DNA of 64,000 nt. It comes from Chloroflexia bacterium (GTDB taxonomy: Bacteria > Chloroflexota > Chloroflexia > QHBQ01 > JAICKM01). How positions within the stretch are numbered: position 1 is the stretch's first letter; each line of letters begins with the position of its first letter. Where the stretch lies: the NCBI GenBank assembly GCA_038228295.1, contig JBBRPH010000001.1:129205-193204 (forward strand), written 5' to 3'. Position numbers and translations under genes: made by a program. Below are positions 8,772 to 18,794 of this stretch, in pieces. The notes beneath the pieces were generated by a model. The model ran no database searches and was not told the origin of the DNA. It was given only the letters and a program-made list of their open reading frames with translations.

Positions 8772-9704
8772 TCACTTATAGCCCGGCGCGAGCGGCAACT
8801 CCGACGGGGCGGCACCGGCGGCCAGCGAGGTGGTCAGCGCCAGCCGCAACTCAGCGAGCATGGTTAGTTCAATCAACGCCAGGATCAGCGCGATCAACAG
8901 CGGCGTGAACGCGCCGGCCACGGTCAACACGCTGCCGGCGCGGCGGGTCAGCGTGGAAACGATCAGCACATTGGTCATCGTCAGCAAGGCCAACAGGCCG
9001 GCCATGCTAGCAAGAGTCAGCGGCCAATAGAGCCAATCCCCAATAGTGATGTCACGATCCGCCGATAGCAGCACGCCGACCACGATAGCGGCCGCCACGA
9101 AATAGCCCAGCAACTCAAACGGCTGTTCCAGCGACCGTTCCCGACGCAGCCGCGAGGTGCGCCAAAAACTCTGGTTGAAGATCGGGTACAGTACAAACAT
9201 CAGCGCGATGCCCGCCAGCACTCCGGTGATCAGGCGCAGCCAATTGGTCGTCTCATAGAGCGCCGTGGCGCCCGGCAACGATTGCAGCGTCGAGTTGATG
9301 CCGTCCAGCACCATCGTGGAGAACATGAAACTCAACATCGGCATCAAGCGCGGGGCGGGTAAGGCGCCCGCCAACGGATGCAACACCGTCAGCAGCAGCA
9401 GCGCCGTCAGCGCGCCCAGGTAGATGCCGCTACAGCGTGCGCACAACGGCATTTGATGCCCCGCCAGGAATAGGCTATGCGAAGCGATCTGGTGACACAC
9501 GCCGAAGCCGAGAAACTCCAGCTTATACTTGAACGTGCCGGGCAGCAGCAGCCCCGCCAGCGCGATTAGCGCCAACAGGATCAGCGGTGCGATGGGTAGG
9601 CGACTTCCCTCCCACCCCTGCCCGGCGCGAGCAGGAGGCGGCCCACTTCCCCCTCCCGCCAAGACAGGGGTAGGGGGTGAAGACGGTGAAGGTACTAGGC
9701 TCAT
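8772..9704 (-). CDS. DUF2085-family membrane protein
   Basis: VCHQ...RSF and CARCSGIY motifs characteristic of DUF2085; multiple TM; 4-bp overlap with upstream gene. Confidence 0.65.
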   Translation of the reverse strand: MSLVPSPSSPPTPVLAGGGSGPPPARAGQGWEGSRLPIAPLILLALIALAGLLLPGTFKYKLEFLGFGVCHQIASHSLFLAGHQMPLCARCSGIYLGALTALLLLTVLHPLAGALPAPRLMPMLSFMFSTMVLDGINSTLQSLPGATALYETTNWLRLITGVLAGIALMFVLYPIFNQSFWRTSRLRRERSLEQPFELLGYFVAAAIVVGVLLSADRDITIGDWLYWPLTLASMAGLLALLTMTNVLIVSTLTRRAGSVLTVAGAFTPLLIALILALIELTMLAELRLALTTSLAAGAAPSELPLAPGYK

Positions 9705-11185
9705 GGGATGGGCGGCGCGATTTGCACCGCTTTGCCGTAGTCGCTAAAGTCCACACTGACATAGGCCGTGCCGGTGCGCCCGCCGCTGGGGGCCAGCGTG
9801 AGCGTAGTCAGTTCGCGGGTCAGCAAGCCGGTGTCGCGCGCGACATAGAGATCGGCTTCAGCGGCGGTGTAGCTCACGCCGGCCAACTGGGGGATGACGC
9901 TCGGCTCCAGCGTCGTATGCAGGTGCCGGCTCGGTACGCCGTTGATCGTCTCGCCCGCCCCTTCGGTCACGTTGCCGGCATACTGCAGCACACCAATGAT
10001 GCTCGACAGGTCGAACGATCCCGCGCCGCTGCTCTTTTGCCAACCTGTATTGAGAGTCGTATTGTTGACATAGATCGTCGGACCGATGGTTACGATCTCA
10101 CTGGTGCCGTCGGTGGCCTGTTGCACCAGATGCGTGCGGTCGGGAGCCTGGTAGTCACCGCTCTGCCGGGCGAACGGCACCAGCAGGCTGCCGGTCTTCA
10201 GTTGGATCAACGACGCGAAGTGGTAGCTGTGGGCCGCTGCTTGACGAGCCAGCGTCGCGGTCAAGAAGCTGGGCGCGGGACCATAGCGATACTGGTAGTA
10301 ATGCGCGCCGATATTGCCCATCTGCACGCGCCAGGGCGGCGCGCCGGCCGGCACATAGGTCAGCACACGGCGCTCAAACGCCTGGATCAGCACGTCGCTC
10401 GGCTTACCCGCGATCTTGACGGTGGCCCAATAGGGTTCGCTGATCGGCAGGCCGGTGGCGAAGTTCCAGGGGTCCGACAACGGTGCATTCGTGGTCGCCC
10501 CGTCCACGCGCAGCGGACCGCCGGCGTTAAGAAACAGCCAGAACACTCCAGGAATATTGTGCCCGGTCTTCGGCTCGTAGTGGGCCAACTTGGTCGCATC
10601 AAGCGCACGGTTCGCCTCTGTATGCACCACGCCCGTGCGGTTGATCACCGCCGTCACCGCCCCACCTGTGCGGTCCGTCACCCGATGATCGCCGCGTGAC
10701 GTGTTGCTGACCGGCAAGAAAGAGGCGTAGGTCGGCGCGCTTGTGTCATCGCCGTCGGAGGCCAGCGGAATGTCTGCCGGGCCGCGCTCCTCGAATTGGC
10801 TGAGGCCGGTTTGGATACGCCCGGAGATCAGTTCAACCGTCAGCAGCCCATTGGTCACAAACCACTTGGAGCTACGATCGCCGGCCGGGTCGTTGATCTC
10901 CATGCGGCTTTTGTCGAAGTATTGCACCAAGTGCGACCCGCCCGGCAGGCCGGCGAACGACTCGCGCACGATCATACCCGGCTGGGGCCCCCAGTACCAC
11001 GAGCGCCCGGCTTGACCGGCCGCGACTAGGGCATCGGTGCGCGTCCAGACACGCTCAAAAGCCGCGTCGGCATAGCGCAGCGGCGCGGCCCCAGTCGGCT
11101 GCGCGCCCCCTCCTGCCACCACCCCAGCAACCAGCAACGCCGCCGGCCCCAGCCGAACTAGCACCGCACGATAAGCTCTCTGCAT
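9701..11185 (-). CDS. Secreted hypothetical protein (494 aa)
   Basis: N-terminal signal peptide; no recognisable domain; first gene of minus-strand operon. Confidence 0.7.
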   Translation of the reverse strand: MQRAYRAVLVRLGPAALLVAGVVAGGGAQPTGAAPLRYADAAFERVWTRTDALVAAGQAGRSWYWGPQPGMIVRESFAGLPGGSHLVQYFDKSRMEINDPAGDRSSKWFVTNGLLTVELISGRIQTGLSQFEERGPADIPLASDGDDTSAPTYASFLPVSNTSRGDHRVTDRTGGAVTAVINRTGVVHTEANRALDATKLAHYEPKTGHNIPGVFWLFLNAGGPLRVDGATTNAPLSDPWNFATGLPISEPYWATVKIAGKPSDVLIQAFERRVLTYVPAGAPPWRVQMGNIGAHYYQYRYGPAPSFLTATLARQAAAHSYHFASLIQLKTGSLLVPFARQSGDYQAPDRTHLVQQATDGTSEIVTIGPTIYVNNTTLNTGWQKSSGAGSFDLSSIIGVLQYAGNVTEGAGETINGVPSRHLHTTLEPSVIPQLAGVSYTAAEADLYVARDTGLLTRELTTLTLAPSGGRTGTAYVSVDFSDYGKAVQIAPPIP

Positions 11186-11501
11186 CAGGAACGTGCCTCT
11201 CTAATGGGGTACACCGTAGCACCGGGCACACCTACCCGCCCGCTACCATTATAGCCATTCTACACGGCAAAGGGCAAGCACAAAGCAACAACGATCTCAT
11301 GGAATCCACTGCGCCGGTTAAATTAAACTTCCGTCCGCCATGACGGATCATAAAAATAGGCGGGCGACGGCGCTTCTGGAACAAGTGTTCTAAGGGATCG
11401 CAGTTCTGGTATAATAAGAGCCACGCAACTTCGCCGGCGCGGCTTACTCGCGGGCGTGTGAAACAGGAAGCTAATCAATTAAGACGAAGGGAACCCGATC
11501 T

Positions 11502-11822
11502 GTGAAAAAGCAACAATCTACCTTTGAGTATCGTTTGGACCAGCCGACCACGTTTCAGGATGCGAAAGGTCGCGATCTGACCCTGCCGCCTAATACGCGC
11601 TTGATCTACGGCGGCTATAGCGACGAAGGACTAGGCCAGTTTACTGTGAGCGCCGGCAAAGAGAACGGGCGCAAATTGCAGGCAGCCGAAGTCGATCCCA
11701 GCAGCTTCCGGGGCGGAGCCGCCGACAATTGCCGCAATTGCGATGCGGCCCTGACCGCCGACTCGCGCTCGATCATGGTACCCGATCTGTGCGTTACCTG
11801 CGAAGACGCAGGCGAGTTCTAA
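11502..11822 (+). CDS. Small hypothetical protein with C-terminal CxxC...CxxC zinc-ribbon-like motif
   Basis: GTG start after GAAGGGAA; CRNCDA...CVTCED. Confidence 0.45.
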   Translation: MKKQQSTFEYRLDQPTTFQDAKGRDLTLPPNTRLIYGGYSDEGLGQFTVSAGKENGRKLQAAEVDPSSFRGGAADNCRNCDAALTADSRSIMVPDLCVTCEDAGEF

Positions 11823-12079
11823 GCGCAGACTTGGGCACGCTCTATGCTACTGCAATCCAAGCGGGGCACCTCAGTGTAGTATCCACATAGTCCGTGCTCT
11901 TGTCCCATTTGAGCGTGGGGAACGACTCTTATAATCTGGGACTATCATGCTTGTAGCCCAGAGAAAGTGAGGCACACCGGCCCACTTGCCGGCCGGTCCC
12001 TTCGTAAGCAACAAAATGATGCCCGCCTGCGCCGTTCTGCCTACTGCGTGTAGAAGGGGCAGGAAAAAGGAGACTCTGC

Positions 12080-13708
12080 ATGAAAGTCGCACGTATTGGC
12101 AGTACCCTGCTTGCCTCGGCGGTGGTCCTGAGCCTAGCTGTCGTCGGTGTACGCTCCACTCAGGTGGCCGCCTCCAGCCACCGCGAAGCCCCCATGATCA
12201 TCGCTGACCCCCAGGCCGACAACACCGATGTCTATGCCTTCGTCAGCCCCGACAAGCCCGACACGGTGACGATGCTCGCCAACTTCAACCCGTTTGAGCA
12301 TCCCGGCAATGGGCCGAACTTCTACCGCTTCGGCGATGATGTGCTCTACGAGATCCATGTGGACAATGTGGGTGATGCTCAATCGCACATCACGTACCAG
12401 TTCAAGTTCACCACCCAGATCGCCAACCCGAATACCTCGGATTACACGACCGGGCCCATTGAGAAGATTGATTCGGCGAACCTGACCTTCAAGCAGTATT
12501 ACACGGTGACGCGCCTGGACAACGGCACCGCCACCACGCTGGGCCAGAACCTGTTAGAGCCGCCGGCTCGCGTCGGCCCCAAGGCCACGCCGAACTACGC
12601 TGCCCTGTCGGACGCCGGCATCTACAGCCTGAACGACGGCAGCAAAGTCTTCGCCGGCCAAGCCGATGATCCCTTCTTCCTCGACTTCAGCATTTTCGAC
12701 CTGCTGACGGTCCGCAAATTGCCGGGCAATGTCGGTGGGGGTCAGGATCACCTCAAAGGCTTTAACGTCCACACCATTGGTATCCAGGTGCCGATCAGCC
12801 GCCTGACGGCAGACGGCAGCAAACCGACCGCGCCGACGGCCGCTAACGCGGTGATTGGTATCTGGTCCACCACCAGTCGCCAGACCACGCGCGTGCTCAG
12901 CCCCGGCAAAGCGCCGCAAGGCTCCGGGGATTATGTACAAGTCAGCCGCCTCGGCCATCCGCTGGTTAACGAATCGGTCATCCCGATGGGTATGAAAGAT
13001 TTGTTCAACAGCTCACAGCCGGCCAATGATGCCCAGTTCTTGAACTATGTGACCGATCCCGAACTCGCCAAGAGTCTCCATAAAATCTATGGGATCAAAG
13101 TTCCACCGGCGCCCCGCGACGATCTAGTGGCGATCTACCTGACGGGGATCAAAGGGCTAACCATGCCCGCTAACGTCAAACCATCGGAAGAACTTCGCCT
13201 GAACGTGGGCGTGCCGCCCACCGCTCCGGGTAAGATCAGCAACCTCGGTGTCATCGGCGGGGATCTGGCAGGCTTCCCGAACGGCCGCCGCCTAGCCGAC
13301 GACATTCCGGACATCTCGTTTAAGGCCGTGGCCGGCGTGGCTTACCCGCTGTTCCACGCGGACTACACGCCCGATCCGTTGGCCGCGCAACTCGGCGACG
13401 GCGTAGATGCCAATGATCTACCCTTCCGCACGAGCTTCCCATATGTGGCCTATCCGCACGAAAACACGATCAACGACTCGTTCGTTAATCCGGACGGCGA
13501 CGTGATCGGCGCCGGCGGTAGCAGCAATCCGCCGCCGGCGGCGGGGGGTGGCACGCCGGGGATGCCACGCACCGGCGCCACCGACAACAGCCATTTGGCC
13601 GACTTCTACAACCTGCTACTGGCAGCCCTCGCGGCAGTCGGTGGCCTCACCCTGGTCGGCGGGTACGCGATGCGCCGCCGCACAGCGGACTCCGCTACCC
13701 ACAAGTAA
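12080..13708 (+). CDS. DUF4331-family secreted protein (HREAP motif) with C-terminal MPRTG sortase-type sorting signal
   Basis: signal peptide, SSHREAP near mature N-terminus, C-terminal MPRTG + hydrophobic helix + RRR tail. Confidence 0.75.
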   Translation: MKVARIGSTLLASAVVLSLAVVGVRSTQVAASSHREAPMIIADPQADNTDVYAFVSPDKPDTVTMLANFNPFEHPGNGPNFYRFGDDVLYEIHVDNVGDAQSHITYQFKFTTQIANPNTSDYTTGPIEKIDSANLTFKQYYTVTRLDNGTATTLGQNLLEPPARVGPKATPNYAALSDAGIYSLNDGSKVFAGQADDPFFLDFSIFDLLTVRKLPGNVGGGQDHLKGFNVHTIGIQVPISRLTADGSKPTAPTAANAVIGIWSTTSRQTTRVLSPGKAPQGSGDYVQVSRLGHPLVNESVIPMGMKDLFNSSQPANDAQFLNYVTDPELAKSLHKIYGIKVPPAPRDDLVAIYLTGIKGLTMPANVKPSEELRLNVGVPPTAPGKISNLGVIGGDLAGFPNGRRLADDIPDISFKAVAGVAYPLFHADYTPDPLAAQLGDGVDANDLPFRTSFPYVAYPHENTINDSFVNPDGDVIGAGGSSNPPPAAGGGTPGMPRTGATDNSHLADFYNLLLAALAAVGGLTLVGGYAMRRRTADSATHK

Positions 13709-13715
13709 TGCGCGA

Positions 13716-13744
13716 GCGGGCACGGAGGTAACCTCCGTGCCCGC
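13716..13744 (+). terminator. Stem-loop (13-bp stem gcgggcacggagg/cctccgtgcccgc, loop taa) between DUF4331 and TPR genes
   Basis: perfect inverted repeat directly after stop codon; no U-tract, so possibly attenuator or processing site. Confidence 0.4.
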
Positions 13745-13756
13745 CTGCGAAAAATA

Positions 13757-15100
13757 ATGGAAACACTTATGCGCGTCTTCAGTAGCCGTTTCACACTTAT
13801 GATCGGGGTGGCCTTGTTGCTGGTTGCCGGCAGCTTGGCACTAGCTCCAGCGGTCGTGCATCCCGCTGATCCGCCGGTCGCGATTGCTGACCCGGCCAGC
13901 ATCGTCGGATCGGGCATCACGACCAACGGCTACGCTGATGGTGTGATCGCCGGCGCGCAAGCACGGCTGCAAAAACGGGCCGACGATAGTAGCGCCTTAT
14001 CGGATCTGGGATTGGGCTATCTACAAAAAGCGCGTGAAACCGCCGATCCGACATTCTACGGCCAAGCCGAAAAGGCACTGCAACAAGCATTGGCCGCGCG
14101 ATCAAGCAATTTGGATGCGCTAGGAGGCTTGGGATCGATGGCGCTCGCGCGCCATCAGTTCCACGACGCACTGGTCTGGGGCCACAAGGCGCAAGCGCTG
14201 AATCCGCAACGGGCCTATGCCTACGGCGTAATCGCAGATGCTCAGACCGAGTTGGGCGATTACGACGGCGCGGTAGAGACGCTACAAAAAATGGTCAACC
14301 TACGCCCCGACCTCAGTTCTTACTCGCGCATTTCTTATGCGCGCGAACTGCACGGCGATGTAGACGGAGCGATCACCGCAATGCAGCAGGCGGTTGAAGC
14401 CGGCGGACCGGCTCCCGAAAATCACAGTTGGGCACAGGTGCAACTAGGCAACCTCTATTTCAACAGCGGACGCTTGGCTGAGGCGGAACAGGCATATAAC
14501 GCCGCGCTCATTGCCTATCCGGGTTACCTACACGCGCGGGCCGGCCTCGCACAGGTGCGTGCCGCGCAGGGCCGCACCGCCGAGGCAATTACCCTCTACA
14601 AGCAGGCTATCGCCGTGGTGCCGTTGCCGCAATATCTGAGTGCGCTGGGCGATCTCTATACAGCGACAGGAGCCGGCGTAGCCGCCGGCCTGCAGTATGA
14701 CACAGTCAGCCAGATTTTCCGCCTGTTCGCCGCCAACGGCGTGGAGGTGAACATCGAGCAGGCGGCTTTCCTGGCCGATAGAGATCAGCAAACCGCCACA
14801 GCGGTGCGGTTGGCCCAGACCGCCGCCGCCGGCCGTACCGACATCCATACCCAAGATACCCTGGCCTGGACACTCTATCGAGCAGGGCAGTACCCTGCCG
14901 CGCAAGAGGCGATTAACCAAGCAACGCGGCTGGGCACACGCAATGCGTTAATCCTGTTCCATCAGGGTATGATAGCCGGCAAATTGGGCGACTCTACTGC
15001 CGCCCGTAAGTACCTAGGTGCGGCATTAGCCGTCAATCCGTTTTTTAGCGTCATATACGTCCCGCAGGCAAAGGTCGCGCTGGACAGCTTAGGCAAATAG
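13757..15100 (+). CDS. TPR-repeat protein with N-terminal signal/anchor
   Basis: multiple TPR-like helical repeats (YGQAEKALQQAL, LGNLYFNSGRLAEAEQAY etc.). Confidence 0.8.
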   Translation: METLMRVFSSRFTLMIGVALLLVAGSLALAPAVVHPADPPVAIADPASIVGSGITTNGYADGVIAGAQARLQKRADDSSALSDLGLGYLQKARETADPTFYGQAEKALQQALAARSSNLDALGGLGSMALARHQFHDALVWGHKAQALNPQRAYAYGVIADAQTELGDYDGAVETLQKMVNLRPDLSSYSRISYARELHGDVDGAITAMQQAVEAGGPAPENHSWAQVQLGNLYFNSGRLAEAEQAYNAALIAYPGYLHARAGLAQVRAAQGRTAEAITLYKQAIAVVPLPQYLSALGDLYTATGAGVAAGLQYDTVSQIFRLFAANGVEVNIEQAAFLADRDQQTATAVRLAQTAAAGRTDIHTQDTLAWTLYRAGQYPAAQEAINQATRLGTRNALILFHQGMIAGKLGDSTAARKYLGAALAVNPFFSVIYVPQAKVALDSLGK

Positions 15101-15118
15101 AAAGTAGGAATCACCGCT

Positions 15119-16669
15119 ATGCGCCGTCCGTTTCGTCTGATCGCCTGCGCCCTAGTCTTAGCCGTGTTAGCGTCGGCGGCCCTGCCGCGCCCCGCCGCTG
15201 CCCACCCAATGGGCAACTTCACCATCAATCATTACAGCGCGCTCACGGTAGGAGCCGGGCGGGTAGACCTGCTCTATGTGATTGACATGGCCGAAATCCC
15301 AGCCTACCAGGAACTAGGCGCCATTCGGGCCGACCACAACACCGATTTGACGGTAGCAGAACGCGATATGTACCTAAGCAGCAAAGCCAAAGACCTGGCG
15401 GGTGGACTGCATCTGATCGTAGACGGCGCGGAGTTACCCCTAACGCCCACCGGCACGCCTACCCTGGTCTTTCCACCGGGAGCCGGCGGCGCGGCCACAC
15501 CCACGCTACGCATGGACTTGCACTATACCGCCAAACTGCCTGCCGACCACGGCAGTCTCACCTATAGTGACAGCAACTACGCCGAACGCATCGGGTGGCG
15601 CGAAATCATCGCCCAATCGGGCGACAATACTGCCTTGCGCGATGCCAGTGTGCCCGCCCAGGATGTGAGCCATGCGCTCACCGAGTACCGGCCCGACTTG
15701 CTGAGTAACCCCCCGCTGGTATCCAGCGCCACTCTCACGTTTGTCGCCGCGCCGGGCGCGAAAGGCAGTAGCAGCGACACACAACAAGCCCAGGCAGCCC
15801 AGCGCGGCATCACCAGTACCAACAACTGGGCCGGCCAGACCAATAGCGCCGTGACGGCGCTAACCGATTTGCTCAACCGCAAAGAGCTGCCGCTGGAGGC
15901 GTTGCTGTTCGGCCTACTGTTGGCATTTGGAGCCGGCGCCGCGCACGCACTCTCGCCGGGCCACGGCAAGACAGTGGTAGCGGCCTATCTGGTGGGTAGC
16001 CGCGGCACGGGTTGGCACGCCGTCATCTTGGGGGTGACGGTCACGATCAGCCATACCATCGGCGTGTTTGCGCTGGGGTTGATCGTGTTGTACGCTTCGG
16101 AGTATATTTTGCCGGAGCAACTCTACCCCTGGTTGGGAGCCAGTTCCGGCCTGCTCATCGCCGGGATGGGGGTGCTGATGTTCTGGCAGCGTCTGAGCGC
16201 CTGGCGACGCAACACAGCCAATTCTACAGCCGCCGACGTGCAAGCCACCAATCATGACCATGAGGATTTACACGATCCGACGGTGCCGCATACACACGGC
16301 GCTTTCAGCCGACCGCACACCCATGTAGCCGCCGATGGGCAAAAGGTGACGATGGGTAACCTGTTGTCGCTGGGTATTATGGGCGGCATCATTCCCTGCC
16401 CGTCGGCGCTAATCGTGTTGCTGGGGGCGGTCGCCTACCACAAAGTGGGCCTGGGCCTGCTGCTGATCCTGGCCTTCAGCCTGGGACTCGCTGCCGTGCT
16501 GACGGCGATTGGTCTGGCGATGGTCTATGGGCGCGGCCTAGCCGGCCGGGTCAAGTTCAACCTCAGCCAATCGCTGCTGGGCCGCCTACCGATGGCTTCC
16601 GCCCTGGCTGTCTCCTGCCTCGGCCTGCTGATCGCGTACCAGGCGCTGCACGCGGGGATCACGCGGTGA
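15119..16669 (+). CDS. Fusion: secreted N-terminal domain + RcnA/NicO-family nickel/cobalt efflux permease with His-rich loop
   Basis: C-terminal half matches RcnA signature (HALSPGHGKTVVAAYLVGSRGT...TISHT) and His-rich loop NHDHEDLHD...HTHG...PHTH. Confidence 0.8.
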   Translation: MRRPFRLIACALVLAVLASAALPRPAAAHPMGNFTINHYSALTVGAGRVDLLYVIDMAEIPAYQELGAIRADHNTDLTVAERDMYLSSKAKDLAGGLHLIVDGAELPLTPTGTPTLVFPPGAGGAATPTLRMDLHYTAKLPADHGSLTYSDSNYAERIGWREIIAQSGDNTALRDASVPAQDVSHALTEYRPDLLSNPPLVSSATLTFVAAPGAKGSSSDTQQAQAAQRGITSTNNWAGQTNSAVTALTDLLNRKELPLEALLFGLLLAFGAGAAHALSPGHGKTVVAAYLVGSRGTGWHAVILGVTVTISHTIGVFALGLIVLYASEYILPEQLYPWLGASSGLLIAGMGVLMFWQRLSAWRRNTANSTAADVQATNHDHEDLHDPTVPHTHGAFSRPHTHVAADGQKVTMGNLLSLGIMGGIIPCPSALIVLLGAVAYHKVGLGLLLILAFSLGLAAVLTAIGLAMVYGRGLAGRVKFNLSQSLLGRLPMASALAVSCLGLLIAYQALHAGITR

Positions 16670-16758
16670 CAGGTATGGTACGGCAGGGGGTTCACGCATG
16701 AAGTTCGGTGTCGGATAGGGAGCCTGCATACCTCTTCAAGTGGCCGATGGAGCTGTAC

Positions 16759-16794
16759 AAACGACCCGCTACCTAAACCGGTAGCGGGTCGTTT
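16759..16794. terminator. Bidirectional intrinsic terminator (15-bp stem aaacgacccgctacc / ggtagcgggtcgttt)
   Basis: perfect hairpin between convergent genes, T-run on plus side. Confidence 0.7.
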
Positions 16795-16811
16795 CATCGG
16801 TATGTGAGCGG

Positions 16812-17261
16812 CTACTTAACGACAATCTGCCCGGCCATGCCCTTGTCTTTGTGGCCGGGAATGTCGCACAGGGTTTCGTAAGTGCCGGGGGTCAGGTCCA
16901 CCTCCAGCGTGCCGGTTTGGCCTGCGCTGATATTCGGTGTTTTCTGCTCCTTACCGTTCACCATAATAGCGAAATTGTGCGGGAACTTGCCGGTGTTAGT
17001 CGCCGTGAACTTAATGTGACCAGGCGGCACACCTAACATCATCGGCGTGATACCCCATTCCGTAAGTATCACACCTACGGAGTTGAAGGCTTTCTTTTGA
17101 ATGGGCGAGGCCGGTGTAGGAGCAGGATTATTTGAGGTGTTAGCGGGTGGCGGCACTGGGGTAGCGGGTGTATTGTTGTCGCACGCGGCCAGCAGACTAC
17201 CGCCGGTCAGTAGGCTGCCCACCAGCAGCAATCGGGCACGGGTAATGAGAGTTGCAGTCAT
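16812..17261 (-). CDS. Cupredoxin-like (plastocyanin/azurin-type) blue copper lipoprotein
   Basis: lipobox LAAC; type-1 Cu ligands H(PHNF)...C-x2-PGH-x4-M. Confidence 0.75.
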   Translation of the reverse strand: MTATLITRARLLLVGSLLTGGSLLAACDNNTPATPVPPPANTSNNPAPTPASPIQKKAFNSVGVILTEWGITPMMLGVPPGHIKFTATNTGKFPHNFAIMVNGKEQKTPNISAGQTGTLEVDLTPGTYETLCDIPGHKDKGMAGQIVVK

Positions 17262-17318
17262 CGGTAGGGAAACCTCCTGCTAGATTGAGGCCGGAGGGGC
17301 GGCCCCGTCGAATGAATA

Positions 17319-17645
17319 CTACTCCGTCGCGCGCAAGTGGCGCACCAACTGAGCATGAATATGCTCTAGCACCGGCGCCTGATCAGCCAGATCGACTGTG
17401 GCAGCCAAAGGCGCGCCCGCCGGGACCGGCGCACCAGGACCGGCCAGCGTGCGTAGGTAGCCGTGCAATAAATGGGTCAGCACTTCGGCATCCGTCCGGG
17501 GCAAATCCAGTTCGCCGGAGTGCTGCAAGGCGGCGTGCAAACGCGCCGCCTCAACTGTGTCCCGTGGGAATGCCACGGCTGCCCGACGCGGATCGAACAG
17601 ATCATGTAACAGGTGGGTCTCGGCGGCACTGAGGGGTAATTTCAC
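17319..17645 (-). CDS. Hypothetical protein (108 aa), likely co-transcribed with cupredoxin
   Basis: ORF with good codon bias; 57-nt gap to cupredoxin. Confidence 0.4.
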   Translation of the reverse strand: MKLPLSAAETHLLHDLFDPRRAAVAFPRDTVEAARLHAALQHSGELDLPRTDAEVLTHLLHGYLRTLAGPGAPVPAGAPLAATVDLADQAPVLEHIHAQLVRHLRATE

Positions 17646-17750
17646 AATCGCGGCTCCTTTGCGGGATTACAACCCGCCCAAGCAACGGCGCGGTTACTGC
17701 TGATTATAGCAGGACGTGTTTCAGGCTGTCAAGGGCCGCAGAGTTGCACC

Positions 17751-18581
17751 CTAGTCCGGCGGCACCTGGCATTGCGGGCAAAAATGGGTGCCGCGGCCGC
17801 CGACAACAATACGCGCGATAGGCGTGCCGCAGCGGCCACACGGCTGGTCGGTTTGCCCATAGGCGTGCAATTGGCGCTGATTACTACCCGCTTCGCCACG
17901 CGCGTCACGGTAGTCCGAGATCGTTGTGCCGTGATTAGCGATGCCTTGCGCCAACACAGCGCGTATCGCCTCATAGAGTCGCGCCGTATCGCCGGCGTCT
18001 AGCGTCGCCACCGAGCGCTGGGGATGCAGGCGGCTGCGGTAGAGTGCTTCATCTACATAAATGTTGCCTAAGCCTGCCAGCACGCGCTGATCTAATAACG
18101 TCGGCTTGAGTAGCCCGCGTCGCCCTTGTAGCCGGGCACGGAAGCGATCCAGCGTGAAATCGTCGGGTAGCGGCTCTGGGCCAAGCGAGTCGAGAAAGAC
18201 CGCTACGGCGGCGGGGTCCAGCAGGCGCACGCGGCCAAACTTGCGTGCATCGGTGAAATGCACCTGCCCCCCATCCGCTAGGTCCACCACCAGCCGCGTC
18301 GCCTTGCTCGGCGCGATCGGCGCGGCATGGTGGACCAGGCTGCCCGTCATTCGCAGGTGGATCGTCAGCACACGCCCGCTGCCCAGCGGGATCAGAATAT
18401 ACTTAGCCCGGCGTTCCACACCTAAAATCGGCTCGCCGGTCACAATCGCGGCAAACGCCGCCGGCGGATAGCCGGCCAACGTCGCGGGCCAATCTGCGTG
18501 GCTTACACCTCGGATCGTCCGGCCGGTTAATAAGGGCCGCAGCCCGCGCACTATTGTTTCGACTTCGGGTAGTTCAGGCAT
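17751..18581 (-). CDS. mutM: Formamidopyrimidine-DNA glycosylase
   Basis: N-terminal MPELPEVE catalytic Pro2/Glu3; C-terminal CxxC...CxxC zinc finger. Confidence 0.9.
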   Translation of the reverse strand: MPELPEVETIVRGLRPLLTGRTIRGVSHADWPATLAGYPPAAFAAIVTGEPILGVERRAKYILIPLGSGRVLTIHLRMTGSLVHHAAPIAPSKATRLVVDLADGGQVHFTDARKFGRVRLLDPAAVAVFLDSLGPEPLPDDFTLDRFRARLQGRRGLLKPTLLDQRVLAGLGNIYVDEALYRSRLHPQRSVATLDAGDTARLYEAIRAVLAQGIANHGTTISDYRDARGEAGSNQRQLHAYGQTDQPCGRCGTPIARIVVGGRGTHFCPQCQVPPD

Positions 18582-18794
18582 CAGGTGTCCTGGGGGTGTG
18601 AGTATTTATGGGGTTGAGTGGTCAGGTGGGATAGATGGATAAGTACCTACCCTTACCTGATTATACCCGATCTGTTGGAGCGAATTGCTTTTCTAATCGG
18701 CGCATATTACAATCAGGTACATAAGCCGATGGACAGACGCACAAGCTACCTAAAACCCATCCGCCCCACAGGCGGATGCTCACAAGGAGACGCT

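Noticed and set aside
9677-10699. 340-aa plus-strand ORF antisense to the secreted protein gene
   Set aside because: Arg/His/Gly-rich antisense artefact. The minus-strand ORF has a signal peptide and operon context.
11410-11415. TATAAT hexamer upstream of 11502 gene as promoter
   Set aside because: The best -35 partner (TTCTAA, 16-nt spacer) is poor. It is too weak to call.
18618-18794. N-terminal 59-aa extension of the HIT protein in the ORF track
   Set aside because: The AAGGAGA RBS is placed correctly for the internal ATG at 18795. The extension has no homology to HIT proteins and overlaps the mutM promoter region.
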